Shown here piece by piece: positions 29,617 to 40,088 of a DNA stretch of 64,000 nucleotides; positions within the stretch are counted from its first letter, which is position 1; the number at the start of each line of letters is the position of its first letter. The translations under genes were made by a program, and so were the position numbers. Source of the stretch: Desulfosoma sp. (GTDB lineage Bacteria; Desulfobacterota; Syntrophobacteria; Syntrophobacterales; DSM-9756). Location: assembly GCA_037481835.1 (NCBI GenBank), contig JBBFKW010000006.1, positions 32,001 through 96,000 of the forward strand. Reading direction: 5' to 3'. The notes under the pieces were generated by a model. That model ran no database searches. It worked only from the letters and a program-made list of their open reading frames with translations, and was not told the DNA's origin.

Positions 29617-31107
29617 CTAACGTCGGCGGAATCCCCCCAAAATGCCGCCGAGCACGCCGCGGACGATGGCCCGGCCGATCTGGCTCCCCACGGTCCGCGC
29701 GGCCTGCTTGGCCACCGTTTCCACCAAGCCTTGCCGGCGCTTCGTCCCGAACAAGACGTCGCTCAAGCCCCCGCGGTCTTCTGCGCCCTTGCCCGCCCTC
29801 GGCGGCTCTCCCTTTGACTCGATGCTTTCCCTGCGAAGCGCTCGGGCCTTCAAAATCTCATAGGCCGACTCCCGATTCACCGGCGTGTCGTATCGGCGCC
29901 CCACGGGGCTGCGTTCCATGACGGCCGCCCGCTCCGCCGCCGTGATGGCTCCGATGCGGCACCGCGGCGGGCAGATGAGGGTCCGTTCCACCGGCATGGG
30001 AATGCCTTTTTCCTGGAGCGTGGAAACCAAAGCCTCGCCCACGCCCAGTTGGAGAAGGACCTTGGCCGTATCGAGGCGGGGGTTGGGCACGAAGGTTTCC
30101 GCTGCCGTTTTCACGGCCTTCTGATCCCGGGGCGTGTAAGCCCTCAGGGCGTGCTGGATGCGGTTGCCCAATTGGCCCAAGATGTCGTTGGGCACATCGT
30201 CTGGAAACTGGGAACAGAAATAGACGCCGACCCCTTTGGACCGGATGAGCCGCACCACCTGTTCCACCCGTTGCCTCAGGGCCGGCGGGGCGTCGTCAAA
30301 GAGCAGATGGGCCTCATCGAAAAAGAAGACCAGTTTGGGTTTGTCCAAATCGCCCACCTCGGGCAGGTTTTCGTAGAGTTCGGAAAGCAGCCACAGGAGC
30401 AGATGGGCATAGAGCCGGGGTTTGAGGATGAGTCGGTCCGCCGCCAGGATGTGAATGACACCCCGGCCCGTGAGGTCCGTGCGGAACAGGTCGGCCAGTT
30501 CCAGAGCCGGTTCCCCGAACAGGGCGCTCCCCCCCTCTCGTTCCAGGGACAATAGGGCGCGCTGCACCGCGGCGATGGATTGCGTATTCACGAGACCGTA
30601 AGCGGAAGAAATGTCCGTGCGCCGTTCGGAGACGAACTGCAGCAAGGCCCGAAGGTCGTCCAGGTCGAGGAGCAGCAGCCCTTCGTCATCGGCGAGCTGG
30701 AAGGTGATATCCAGAACCCCGGCTTGGACGTCGTTCAGTTCCAGCATGCGGGCCAGAAGGCTGGGGCCGATTTCGCTCACGGTCGTGCGCACGGGATGCC
30801 CGGCCACACCGAAGACGTCCCAGAAGACGACCGGGTTTCCTTCGTTCGTGTAGCCCTCGAGCCCGACTTCGGCCACCCGCCGCCGGATCCTTTCATCGGC
30901 GACCCCGGGCAGGGCGAGCCCCGCCACATCCCCTTTCACGTCGGCGAGAAAGACGGGAACGCCCAACCGAGAAAAACCTTCCGCCAAAACGAGCAAGGAG
31001 ACCGTCTTGCCGGTGCCCGTCGCCCCCGCCACCAGTCCGTGCCGATTGCCGTAACGGGAAAGCAGGTAAACCGGCTTTTCGCCTTTTCCAATCAGAAAGC
31101 GGTCCAT
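29617..31107 (-). CDS. DUF853 / YjgR HerA-like ATPase
   Basis: NRHGLVAGATGTGKT, DVKGD, FFDEAHLLF, LGNRIQHALRA. Confidence 0.92.
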   Translation of the reverse strand: MDRFLIGKGEKPVYLLSRYGNRHGLVAGATGTGKTVSLLVLAEGFSRLGVPVFLADVKGDVAGLALPGVADERIRRRVAEVGLEGYTNEGNPVVFWDVFGVAGHPVRTTVSEIGPSLLARMLELNDVQAGVLDITFQLADDEGLLLLDLDDLRALLQFVSERRTDISSAYGLVNTQSIAAVQRALLSLEREGGSALFGEPALELADLFRTDLTGRGVIHILAADRLILKPRLYAHLLLWLLSELYENLPEVGDLDKPKLVFFFDEAHLLFDDAPPALRQRVEQVVRLIRSKGVGVYFCSQFPDDVPNDILGQLGNRIQHALRAYTPRDQKAVKTAAETFVPNPRLDTAKVLLQLGVGEALVSTLQEKGIPMPVERTLICPPRCRIGAITAAERAAVMERSPVGRRYDTPVNRESAYEILKARALRRESIESKGEPPRAGKGAEDRGGLSDVLFGTKRRQGLVETVAKQAARTVGSQIGRAIVRGVLGGILGGFRRR

Positions 31108-31311
31108 CGTTTCTCCCCTTGCGCCGAAAGCCCCAGGCCGGCCCCGGTGTTCCTCGTCGTCGCCATTTGAGCGAACGCAGTTCCTCCGGGAAAGATCCCG
31201 GCGATTGTGCACCCGCCCTTCAGGAATTCCGTCTTCAGGACAATGGCACGAAACTCATCTCAAGCTCAAGTTCGTATGACACGGGATCGAGACAAACACG
31301 GATCCGAACCC

Positions 31312-31342
31312 GTAGGTTGGGGTGAGCGCAGCGAACCCCAAC
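31312..31342 (+). repeat. GTAG-type REP palindrome
   Basis: GTAG-GTTGGGG-TGAGCGCAGCGAA-CCCCAAC. Confidence 0.65.
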
Positions 31343-31473
31343 ACGAATTGCCGGATTTGCGAAAAGTTACAGACTCCCTCCGGCAGGGTTTATGGCATTG
31401 TCGGGCAGGCTCCCGGGGGACCGCAAGACGCCACAAAGCTCCAAAGGGCAAAAAGGGTCTTTGCCCGCCCGGG

Positions 31474-32733
31474 TCAGAGAGCATTTCGAAGGACGCCCAG
31501 GAGTTGCGGCTCGGCCACGCGGCGCGGATTCGTGAAAATGGCGGGATCCTCCATGGCCTGCCGGGCGATGGTCGGAAGGTCTTCTTCTTTCACGCCGATG
31601 GCACCGAGTCGCTCCGGTATCCCGAGACCGCGGGCAAAGGCCCTCATGGCCTCCACGGCCTTTTCCGCGGCGATCCGTGTCGGTTTGCCGGCCACGTCTT
31701 CGCCCATGGCCCTGGCGATCTCGGCAAGACGATCCGCGCATTCTTCCAGATTGTCCTCCTGGATCCACGGGAGCAGCACGGCGTTGCACAACCCGTGGGG
31801 CAGATTGTAAAGGCCCCCGAGCTGATGGGCCACGGCGTGGACCGCGCCGACCCCGGCGCTGTTACAGGCGAGCCCGGCAAGATATTGGGCATAGGCCATG
31901 GCCGCACGGGCTTCCACATCATATCCGTGGGAAAACGCCTTCGGGAGATGCTCTGTGATAAGGGCGACGGCCGTCAGGGCGCAGGTCTTTGACAGGGGAG
32001 AGGCATTTCGGGAGAGATAGGCTTCTACGGCGTGGGTGAAAGCGTCCATGCCCGTCTGGGCGGTGAGTGCCGGCGGCATGCCGACCATGAGGGTCGGATC
32101 GTTCACGGCCATAAGGGGGATGAGCCGCCAGTCCACGAGGGTCAGCTTGGTCTTCCTTTCCACATGGGTGATCACGGCAAACCGCGTGACCTCGCTGCCC
32201 GTGCCCGCGGTGGTATTTACGGCGATGAGGGGCGGCAGGGCGCGCTTCAGCTTGTTGATGCCCACAAAGTCCCAGAGCACGCCGTCGTGAGCGGCCAGGA
32301 CGCCGATGGCTTTCGCCGCGTCGTGGGCGCTGCCGCCTCCCAGGGAAATGATCATGGCGCCCCGGTGGGCTTGGTACAGCTCGTAGCCTTCCCTCACACA
32401 CGCCTCGGTGGGGTTGGCTACGACGCCGTCGAAGACTTCCACCTCCAGTTTCGCCGCCTCCTGAAGGACCTTGAGGACTTCCCGGGCGATCCCCGCCGCC
32501 ACGATGCCTTTGTCGGTGCACAAAACGGCCCGTTTTTCGGGGAAAGCCCTAAGATACCCGGCAATCTTTCCAAGCGCCCCGACCCCGAAGAGGCTCACCG
32601 GTTGGGCGAAAAAGTCCGCGAATCGCGCCGTATCGCCCATCCAGACCCGAGACCCCGCCGGGCCGCCTCCTTGCCACATGCCGCCGCCCCAAAGGCCGGT
32701 TCCGGCACCCGGGCCTTTTCCCGTCTCCGCCAT
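31474..32733 (-). CDS. Iron-containing alcohol dehydrogenase
   Basis: GGGSAHDAAK, NTTAGTGSEVT, GMDAFTHAVEAY, HAVAH, PHGLCNA; start could alternatively be 32640. Confidence 0.93.
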   Translation of the reverse strand: MAETGKGPGAGTGLWGGGMWQGGGPAGSRVWMGDTARFADFFAQPVSLFGVGALGKIAGYLRAFPEKRAVLCTDKGIVAAGIAREVLKVLQEAAKLEVEVFDGVVANPTEACVREGYELYQAHRGAMIISLGGGSAHDAAKAIGVLAAHDGVLWDFVGINKLKRALPPLIAVNTTAGTGSEVTRFAVITHVERKTKLTLVDWRLIPLMAVNDPTLMVGMPPALTAQTGMDAFTHAVEAYLSRNASPLSKTCALTAVALITEHLPKAFSHGYDVEARAAMAYAQYLAGLACNSAGVGAVHAVAHQLGGLYNLPHGLCNAVLLPWIQEDNLEECADRLAEIARAMGEDVAGKPTRIAAEKAVEAMRAFARGLGIPERLGAIGVKEEDLPTIARQAMEDPAIFTNPRRVAEPQLLGVLRNAL

Positions 32734-32944
32734 GGCTTCCTCCCCTCCCGCTACGCGGCCGGATTTTTCCAATTCCCTTGGCCGATTCTCCCGTATCGCC
32801 CCCGTCCCTTGCGTGTCAACCCCCTGGAAGCGAGGCGCTTTGGCTTTTTCCCCGATCCCTGATTTTTTTCGCTGATCGGCGGGTCGGAACGGCTATATTA
32901 CCGGGGTTCGTCATAAACCCTAGCGATGGTGAGGTTCACAGGAC

Positions 32945-34762
32945 ATGAAGACGTATGCCCATCTTTTCCTGGAGCGAGCGGAGCATGGCGGTGAGAAAAG
33001 AGCCCTTTTGTACCGGCGGGACGACCGATGGCACGAGATGACGTGGCGGGTGTTTTTGGACCAAATTCGCCGGACGGCCCAAGCCCTGGTTTCTCTCGGG
33101 GTGGAAGCGCAGGACCGCGTGGCCGTCTGGAGCCATAACCAACCCCGATGGACCGTCGCCGACGTGGCCTGTCAATGCGTTCGGGCCGTTTCGGTGCCCA
33201 TCTATCCCACCAACACGGCCCGCCAAGCGGCCTACATCCTCAAGGATTCCGAAGCCGAGGTGATCTTCGTCGGCTCTGAAGACCAACTGGCCCGAGCCCT
33301 ATCCGTCGTGGGTGAACTGCCGCACGTCAAGGCCGTGGTCCGCTTGGACGATGCACCCGAGGAGGCCTATTCGGAAAAAGTCATGGCCTTTGATCAGTTC
33401 CTGGCTTTGGGAGACTCCGCCTCCCTGGGCGATGCGGTTTCGACGCGCCTTGCCGAAGGCCGCCCCGAGGATCTCTTGACCCTCATCTACACCTCAGGCA
33501 CCACGGGAGACCCCAAAGGGGTGATGCTCACCCAATCCAACGTGCTCTACCAGATGACGTCGCACGAGGAACGGATCCCCCCGTGCGGTCAGGCCGACGT
33601 TTCCCTGTGCTTTCTTCCCCTTTCCCACGTGTTCGAAAGGACCTGGACCTATTATGTGTTTCACAAAGGGATGACCAACGCCTACCTGGACGACCCCAAG
33701 CAGGTGATGCACGCCCTGGCCCAGGTGCGCCCGACCATCATGTGCACGGTGCCGCGCCTCTTGGAAAAGATTTACGGAGGCATCCACGAAAAAGTGCAGT
33801 CGGCCCCGCCGCTGAGGCGCCGCCTCTTCCACTGGGCCGTCTCCGTGGGCGACGATGTTTTTCGGCGCCAAAAGGACGGCTTGGACGTTCCGGCGCCACG
33901 ACGCATACAGCACGGCCTGGCGTCCACCCTGGTTCTGAAGAAACTCCAAGGACTCTTCGGCGGCCGCATCCGGTTCATGCCGTGCGCGGGAGCGCCCCTT
34001 TCGGCCGAAATCTAGCGGTTTTTCTGCGCCGTCGGGGTTCCCATCGTGTGCGGCTACGGCCTGACCGAAACCACGGCCACCGTCACCTGCCATGAACCCA
34101 GAGGATTCTCCTTCGGCACGGTGGGGCGGCCTCTTCCCGGCCAGGACGTGCGCTTGGACCGCCGCACCCAGGAAATCTTGGTCCGAGGCCCCAACGTCAT
34201 GAAGGGCTACTACAACAAGCCGGAAGCCACCGCCGCGGTCTTCACGGAAGACGGCTATTTTCGCACGGGGGACGCCGGCACTTTCGACGCCTACGGGGAA
34301 CTCATCATCACGGACCGGATCAAGGATCTTTTCAAGACCTCGGGAGGCAAATACATCGCCCCGCAGATGATCGAGACGCTCATCGGCGCCGACCCCGCCG
34401 TGGAGCAGATCGCCGTGGTGGGGGAAGGCCGAAAATGCGTCACGGCCCTCATCGTGCCCAGCTTTGAAAACCTGGAAAGTTTCCTGACCGAGAAGGGACT
34501 CCGGGGATTGCCCCGGGAAGACCTGGTGCGGCACCCGCTCGTCGTGGAATTCTACGGCCGCAAGATCGACGAGCTCACGCGCGAACTGGCGCCGCACGAA
34601 AAGATCGTGCGCTTTACGCTCCTGCCCAAGGAATTCTCTTTGGAAGACGGGGAGATGACCCCCACGTTGAAGCTCAAGCGCAAGGCCATCCTGGAACGTT
34701 ACGCCTCCGTCATAGAAGCCATGTACCGGGACATCGACCAATCCCGAGGAAAAGGCTCGTGA
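32945..34762 (+). pseudogene. Long-chain fatty acyl-CoA synthetase interrupted by one in-frame TAG (34013-34015)
   Basis: YTSGTTGDPKG, GAPLSAEI*RFF..GYGLTE, FRTGD, DRIKDLFKTSGGKYIAPQ; both halves in the same frame. Confidence 0.85.
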
Positions 34763-34968
34763 AGCCCACCCATGGATCCTTGGGCTCGCCCGCCGCGCGC
34801 CCACGGCGGGCGCCGTGCCCCGCAATCCATATCCATGCAGGAGCGGTCCTATCCGTTCTTGTCCCGGTTAAGGCCGCTTGTGCAGCCGCCCGAAAGAGCC
34901 GCTCTTTCCCCTTCCGGGCTCGACGATGGCCGAAGGAATCCCGAAAGGAAGCCGGATCTTTAAGGTTT

Positions 34969-35448
34969 TCATCCGGTATGGTCCGCCGCGTCCGAAACGG
35001 CGGCTTCAATGCCGCCGGTAAGGCTCAGAAGCTGCTCCACGGTGATGGGCACGGCGGAACGGTCGTTCCCGGCGGCGGCGTAGACGCGGGGAAACCGGCG
35101 CATGGCGCTGTCGATGACGATTTTGACCGAAGGCGGCAACAGGAAGGGACAGACGCCTCCGGGGGCATAGCCCGTGTAGCGCAGGACTTCGTCCTGCCCC
35201 GGAAGGCGCACCTTTCCCGTGAGCCCTGCCGCCTGCTTCAGCCGGGATCCCTTGATCCGCCGGTCTCCGCAGGTGACCGCCACCACGGGCTGATCCCCCA
35301 CGACGAAGAGGATGCTCTTGGCGATTTCCGCGACACTGCACCCCACGGCCTTGGCCGCCGTCTCCGAAGTGGGGGTGAGTTCCTCGAACTCCCGAACCTC
35401 AATGCCCTGCTTTATGAGGTAGGCTTTCACGTCCGCGATGCTGGGCAT
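34969..35448 (-). CDS. YbaK/EbsC-family aminoacyl-tRNA deacylase
   Basis: AAKAVGC..IAKSILF, TGYAPGGVCPF, AAAG. Confidence 0.88.
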   Translation of the reverse strand: MPSIADVKAYLIKQGIEVREFEELTPTSETAAKAVGCSVAEIAKSILFVVGDQPVVAVTCGDRRIKGSRLKQAAGLTGKVRLPGQDEVLRYTGYAPGGVCPFLLPPSVKIVIDSAMRRFPRVYAAAGNDRSAVPITVEQLLSLTGGIEAAVSDAADHTG

Positions 35449-36154
35449 GGTCTCCTCTTTCCTTCAGCCCCTGTTCGATTTGGGTCAAGATGTCCGCCGC
35501 AAGCCGCTGCGGATCTTCGGCGTCCCGGATGGGACGGCCCACGACGATGTGATCCGCCCCCGAGGCGAAGGCGCGGCGGGCGTCCACGGTTCGTTTCTGG
35601 TCGTCCACGTTGGCCACGGGACGGATGCCGGGAGCGACCACGAGAAAGCCGCCGCCCAACTCGCGGCGAAGCCTGGGGATTTCCAGCCCCGAAGAGATGA
35701 GGCCGTCGCAACCCAGGGCCAGGGCCCGCCGAGCCCGCGAGAGCACCAGGTCCTCCACCGAGCATGAAAACCCCAGATCGCGTAAATCCCCTTCATCCAG
35801 GCTCGTCAAAGCCGTCACAGCCAAGATTTTCACCGACCCCTTGGCTTCCACGGCCGCTTTGAGCATGCCGTCGTTGCCGTGCACGGTGGTGAAGGCCACG
35901 TTTCTCTCGGCCACCTGGGCCGTGGCCCGCCGCACTGTTTCGGGCACATCGAAGAGTTTCAGGTCGAGAAACACCTTGGCACCCCGGTTCTGGATCCATT
36001 CCACCATGGGGAATCCGCCGGCGAGAAACAGTTCGAAGCCCACCTTGAAAAACCCCACCTGATCTTCGAGCCGCTCAACCCAACGCTTGGCCTCTTCGGG
36101 CGACGGCAGGTCCAGGGCGAAAATAAGCCGTTCACGCAACGGAATGGTGTCCAC
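35399..36154 (-). CDS. pyrF: Orotidine-5'-phosphate decarboxylase
   Basis: LIFALD, KVGFELF, FLDLKLFDVPETV, VTALTS, PGIRP, VVGRPI. Confidence 0.95.
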   Translation of the reverse strand: MDTIPLRERLIFALDLPSPEEAKRWVERLEDQVGFFKVGFELFLAGGFPMVEWIQNRGAKVFLDLKLFDVPETVRRATAQVAERNVAFTTVHGNDGMLKAAVEAKGSVKILAVTALTSLDEGDLRDLGFSCSVEDLVLSRARRALALGCDGLISSGLEIPRLRRELGGGFLVVAPGIRPVANVDDQKRTVDARRAFASGADHIVVGRPIRDAEDPQRLAADILTQIEQGLKERGDHAQHRGRESLPHKAGH

Positions 36155-37417
36155 TCACGCCTCCATGCCGAAAAAGTTCATAAGGACGAAATGCAGGCAC
36201 CGGCGCAGCACACCATAGGAAAAATGCCGGTGCGCCAGCCGGTAGTTGTGTTCCACCATGGCCCGGCACCGCTCTTCCGATTGGAGCACGTTCCGGATGC
36301 GGGCCACCAGCCGGCGGCTCACGTAGCCGTCCATGATGAGAAGGTCGAACCCCAGGGGCTCGATGTCCCGCACGAAGGTGGCGTAGCGGTTGACCACCAG
36401 GGGTTTACGGAAATAGATGGCTTCGAGAAAGGCGTTCCCGAACCCTTCGTAGAGGCTCGGGTACGTGATGAGGTCCGCATGGGGGTAGATGTCCCACAGG
36501 GCGATGCCGTCTTGGGGCGGAGGGGTTTCCACCCACGGGTCCACCACGTGGGTTCCCAGGAAGGTCAGGGACACCCCGTGCTGTCTCGCCTGGTTCTGGA
36601 GCCACGAGGCATAGTCCGGGTCCACCTCGCCCGCCTGGTGGGTGATGAGGAGTCGATAGCCCAGGTCTTTCAATGCCCCGGCGATTTCCACGGCATGCTC
36701 GATCCCCTTGCGGCGGATGACCCGGGTCGGCTGCACGATGAGCTTGTCTTCGGGGTCGAAGCCCAGCGTGCGGCGCAATTCCCGGCCCCCTTCCGGATCC
36801 GGCTCGGGCGGATGGTCGAAATCCAGCACGTTGGGAATGACAAAAGAAGAGACTCCGCGCCGATGGGCCAAGTCTTCGTGGGCGGCTGAACTGATGACCA
36901 CGTGCTGGATGGTGGGCAAAGCCGGCGGGAAAGCCATGGACAGGAAGTCCCGCACGCAGTTGACCGCACAGCGGCTCTGTTCCCAGTAGAACTCGTGGTG
37001 GTGGGCAATGGTGGGCAGTTTCCGCTCGGCAATGACTTCGGTGAGGGCCAGGCCCAGGGGGATGTGCAGGGGACTCGCCAGAGCGTTTTCCACGACGAGC
37101 AGGCGGATATCGAAGGTCTTGAGAAAGTCGCAGAGCCTTTGCTTGAGCAGGGAGCGATAGTCGTGGATCTTCTGGGTCAGTTCAGGGGAACGGATTTCAC
37201 GGCCGAAAGCGTGGGCCTGAATCCATTGGTTTTCCGGATGCAGGAAATGGGCTTCGGGAACCACCATGGACCGTGACGGATCCTTGTGAACTTCGCCCCC
37301 CCACCAGAAACATTCATACCCGCATTCGCGAAGCACATCCGCCCATTTGCCGGCTTCCATGGTCACGCCGTCGGCTGCGGTAAACCGGGTGGACACAAAA
37401 CCGATATGGGTCGCCAT
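36155..37417 (-). CDS. GT4 glycosyltransferase, MggS (mannosylglucosylglycerate synthase)-like
   Basis: DGVTMEAGKW, HHHEFYWE, QPTRVIRRKGIE, YPSLYEGFGNAFLEA. Confidence 0.8.
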   Translation of the reverse strand: MATHIGFVSTRFTAADGVTMEAGKWADVLRECGYECFWWGGEVHKDPSRSMVVPEAHFLHPENQWIQAHAFGREIRSPELTQKIHDYRSLLKQRLCDFLKTFDIRLLVVENALASPLHIPLGLALTEVIAERKLPTIAHHHEFYWEQSRCAVNCVRDFLSMAFPPALPTIQHVVISSAAHEDLAHRRGVSSFVIPNVLDFDHPPEPDPEGGRELRRTLGFDPEDKLIVQPTRVIRRKGIEHAVEIAGALKDLGYRLLITHQAGEVDPDYASWLQNQARQHGVSLTFLGTHVVDPWVETPPPQDGIALWDIYPHADLITYPSLYEGFGNAFLEAIYFRKPLVVNRYATFVRDIEPLGFDLLIMDGYVSRRLVARIRNVLQSEERCRAMVEHNYRLAHRHFSYGVLRRCLHFVLMNFFGMEA

Positions 37418-37493
37418 AAAAACTCCCGCAGAAGGGTTGATCTGTGACGGAAATTGTGCCCATACTCGGCCCAAAAAGCAAGGACGGCTCTCC

Positions 37494-39107
37494 ATGGCGA
37501 GTCCACAAAACCTCATCGTCTTTCATTACCATCTGCTTCGGGGCGGGGTGCGCACCGCGCTCCTGCGAAGCCTCCAGTGCCTCGCCCACGAAGGGTGGGC
37601 CACCGGCCGGCGAATCACCCTGGCCGTGGGCCGTGCCGACGGGGCGCGGAGTTTCGCGCGCACCTTGGCGACGCTCGTCCCCGATGTGTCCGTCATCGTG
37701 GATCCCCGGCTGGACTACCGAGAGGAGCCGTGGCCCGACGCCGCGAGCTTTTCCCAAGACGTGCGGGCCTTGAGAGACGCCATGCTGTCCTGGGCCGGCG
37801 GGTCGGCTCTTTTTTGGCTGCACAACCCCACCTTGGGCAAGAATGCGGCGGTCACCGCCGCATGGAGGGACGCGGCCCGCAGGGCCTGGGCCGACGGTCT
37901 TGACTGCCGTTTCCTGTATCATATCCACGACTTTCCCGAATGCGGGCGCACGGCCAACATGGAACGGCTCCGGAACTGCTGGAATCAGGGCGGCCTCGTC
38001 GACCTCTATCCTGCGGTTCCCAACACGGCCTACGCCGTGCTCAATTCTAGGGACCGAAACCGGCTCGTGCGCTGCGGCCTGCCTCCCGAGCGGGTTTTTT
38101 GGCTGCCCAACGTGCTCATCCCTTCGTCGAGCCCGCCCGCTCCTCTCCAGGATACCCGCCGCAAAGCCATGGAAGCGGCCCTCGCGAACTACGCCCTGGC
38201 CCACGCCTACCTTTTCGACCCCTCCCGGCCCCGATGGCTTCTTCCCATCCGGCTCATCCGAAGAAAAAACGTCATGGAAGCCCTCCTTCTTTCGGCCCTC
38301 ACTCCCGAAGCCCCTCAGCTCCTCGTCACCTTGGATGCCACGTCGGCCCAGGAAAAACCCTACGCCGAAGCGCTCAAGCAGTTCGTCCGGCACAAGCGGT
38401 TGCCCTGCGTCATCGGCTTCGGCACCGAACTGGTCGGGACGGCCTTTTCCTTCGAAGAACTCATGATGTTCTGCGACGCCGTCGTCACCACCTCCCTCCT
38501 GGAAGGCTTCGGCTTCGCCTTCCTGGAAGGCCCGCTCCAAGGCCGCCCCCTTCTCGGCAGAAATCTTCCTGACGTCACGGCCGATTTTGCCGCCGTCGGG
38601 TTTCCCAGCCACCGCCTCTACGACACCCTTCCCGTGCCGCTGCAAGACCGCCACCGGATCCGCCTCTTGGACAAAGGCCGGCGGTTCGCCGCACGTTATG
38701 CGAAGATCGTCCGGACCCTTTCCCGGGAAGACCTGGATCGGTTCACATCGCGGCTTGAGGCCGTCTACGGCGGTGCTTCCGTGGATTTCGGCATGCTGGA
38801 TTTCGAGGCGCAGCGCGACCTTGTGGGAGAGGCCCTGATCGGGGGGCTGGATGGAGTTTTCCCCGAATCGATGGAGCCGGTCCGGATGGATGAGGAAGCT
38901 TCCAGGGCTTTTTTCGCCCGGTTCGGCCCTACGGCCCACGCCCGGCGGCTCACGGACGCCTTCAATGCTTTGTGGGCGGCGGATCGCACCACGCAGGAGG
39001 ACCGGCCCGCTCGGGGGGAGATCGAAGGCGAACCCGATGTGAATGCATGCGTGAGTGCCCTCTTTTTCGATCCCGTGTACCAGAGGCCGCTATTCGGAGG
39101 ATGGTGA
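37494..39107 (+). CDS. GT-B (GT4-like) glycosyltransferase
   Basis: FHYHLLRGGV, HNPTLGKN, HIHDFPE, PIRLIRRKNVME, SLLEGFGFAFLE. Confidence 0.8.
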   Translation: MASPQNLIVFHYHLLRGGVRTALLRSLQCLAHEGWATGRRITLAVGRADGARSFARTLATLVPDVSVIVDPRLDYREEPWPDAASFSQDVRALRDAMLSWAGGSALFWLHNPTLGKNAAVTAAWRDAARRAWADGLDCRFLYHIHDFPECGRTANMERLRNCWNQGGLVDLYPAVPNTAYAVLNSRDRNRLVRCGLPPERVFWLPNVLIPSSSPPAPLQDTRRKAMEAALANYALAHAYLFDPSRPRWLLPIRLIRRKNVMEALLLSALTPEAPQLLVTLDATSAQEKPYAEALKQFVRHKRLPCVIGFGTELVGTAFSFEELMMFCDAVVTTSLLEGFGFAFLEGPLQGRPLLGRNLPDVTADFAAVGFPSHRLYDTLPVPLQDRHRIRLLDKGRRFAARYAKIVRTLSREDLDRFTSRLEAVYGGASVDFGMLDFEAQRDLVGEALIGGLDGVFPESMEPVRMDEEASRAFFARFGPTAHARRLTDAFNALWAADRTTQEDRPARGEIEGEPDVNACVSALFFDPVYQRPLFGGW

Positions 39108-40063
39108 TGGAACGGTGGCGGGATTGGCTCTCAGCCCATGTTTCTCGAAAACCCGCACCCACGGCGGAAGCCGGCTCCGTGCCGCGTCTTGACCCCAAAC
39201 CCCGCGTGGTCCTTTTCGATATCTACGGCACGCTCCTCGCCGCACGGCACGGAGATTTGGAAGCCCAGGTGCGCAATCGCCCGGCCGAGGAAAGCTTTGT
39301 GGAAACGGCTCGTTTTTTCGGCTTTTCCGAAGAAGACGGCCTGGCGTGGGCGGAAGGCTTCTTTCGGGCGGTAAAAGAAGAGCACGAGCGGTGCCGAGCC
39401 ATGGGGATCGGACGGGCGGAGGTGCTCGTCGAACGCATCTGGGAAGAGCTCCTGCGGAGTGTGCCCGATCCGCCGCCCACTCTGCCGGATCCCTTGGATG
39501 CGGCCTTGTACCGGGAACTCAAGGCCAACCCGGTTTCGCCTTACGAAGGCGCCGCCGAGGCGTTGGCGGCCTTGCACAGGGAAGGCTACCTCCTGGGGGT
39601 GGCGTCCAACGCCCAGTTTTACACGGTGCCCATTTTGGAATATGCCCTCGGCGGCGAAGGGCGCCTTTTTCCCGGTGCCGAACCCCTCGGGCCCGCCGAA
39701 GGCGAGGGCGAGACGGCGGCCCTGACGTGGGAAAAGCCCCTCTCGGAGGGCGCTTCGGAAACCGCTCCGGAAGCCCTTTTCCATCCCGACTGGATTTTCT
39801 TCTCTTTCCACCTAGGCTTCGCCAAACCCGATCCCCATTTCTTCCGGCTCGTCGCCACGCGGGCACGGCGCTGCGGCTGGAACCCCGAAGAGGTGCTCGT
39901 GGTGGGAAACGATCCCGTCAACGACATGGAAGCCGCCCGATTGCACGGCATCCAAGCCGTTTTGTTTTCGCCCGCCCCGACCGCGACGCCGCTCGGCGCC
40001 TCGTGGTCCGGGCCGAGTGTGCATCGGTTCGACGCGCTGGTGCAGGCCCTGATCGGCCGCTGA
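39101..40063 (+). CDS. HAD-family hydrolase, possible sugar-phosphate phosphatase
   Basis: LFDIYGTL, ASNAQFYT, AKPDP, VGNDPVND. Confidence 0.82.
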   Translation: MVMERWRDWLSAHVSRKPAPTAEAGSVPRLDPKPRVVLFDIYGTLLAARHGDLEAQVRNRPAEESFVETARFFGFSEEDGLAWAEGFFRAVKEEHERCRAMGIGRAEVLVERIWEELLRSVPDPPPTLPDPLDAALYRELKANPVSPYEGAAEALAALHREGYLLGVASNAQFYTVPILEYALGGEGRLFPGAEPLGPAEGEGETAALTWEKPLSEGASETAPEALFHPDWIFFSFHLGFAKPDPHFFRLVATRARRCGWNPEEVLVVGNDPVNDMEAARLHGIQAVLFSPAPTATPLGASWSGPSVHRFDALVQALIGR

Positions 40064-40088
40064 GAGAGTGCTGGGAAAGGAGCCCTAA

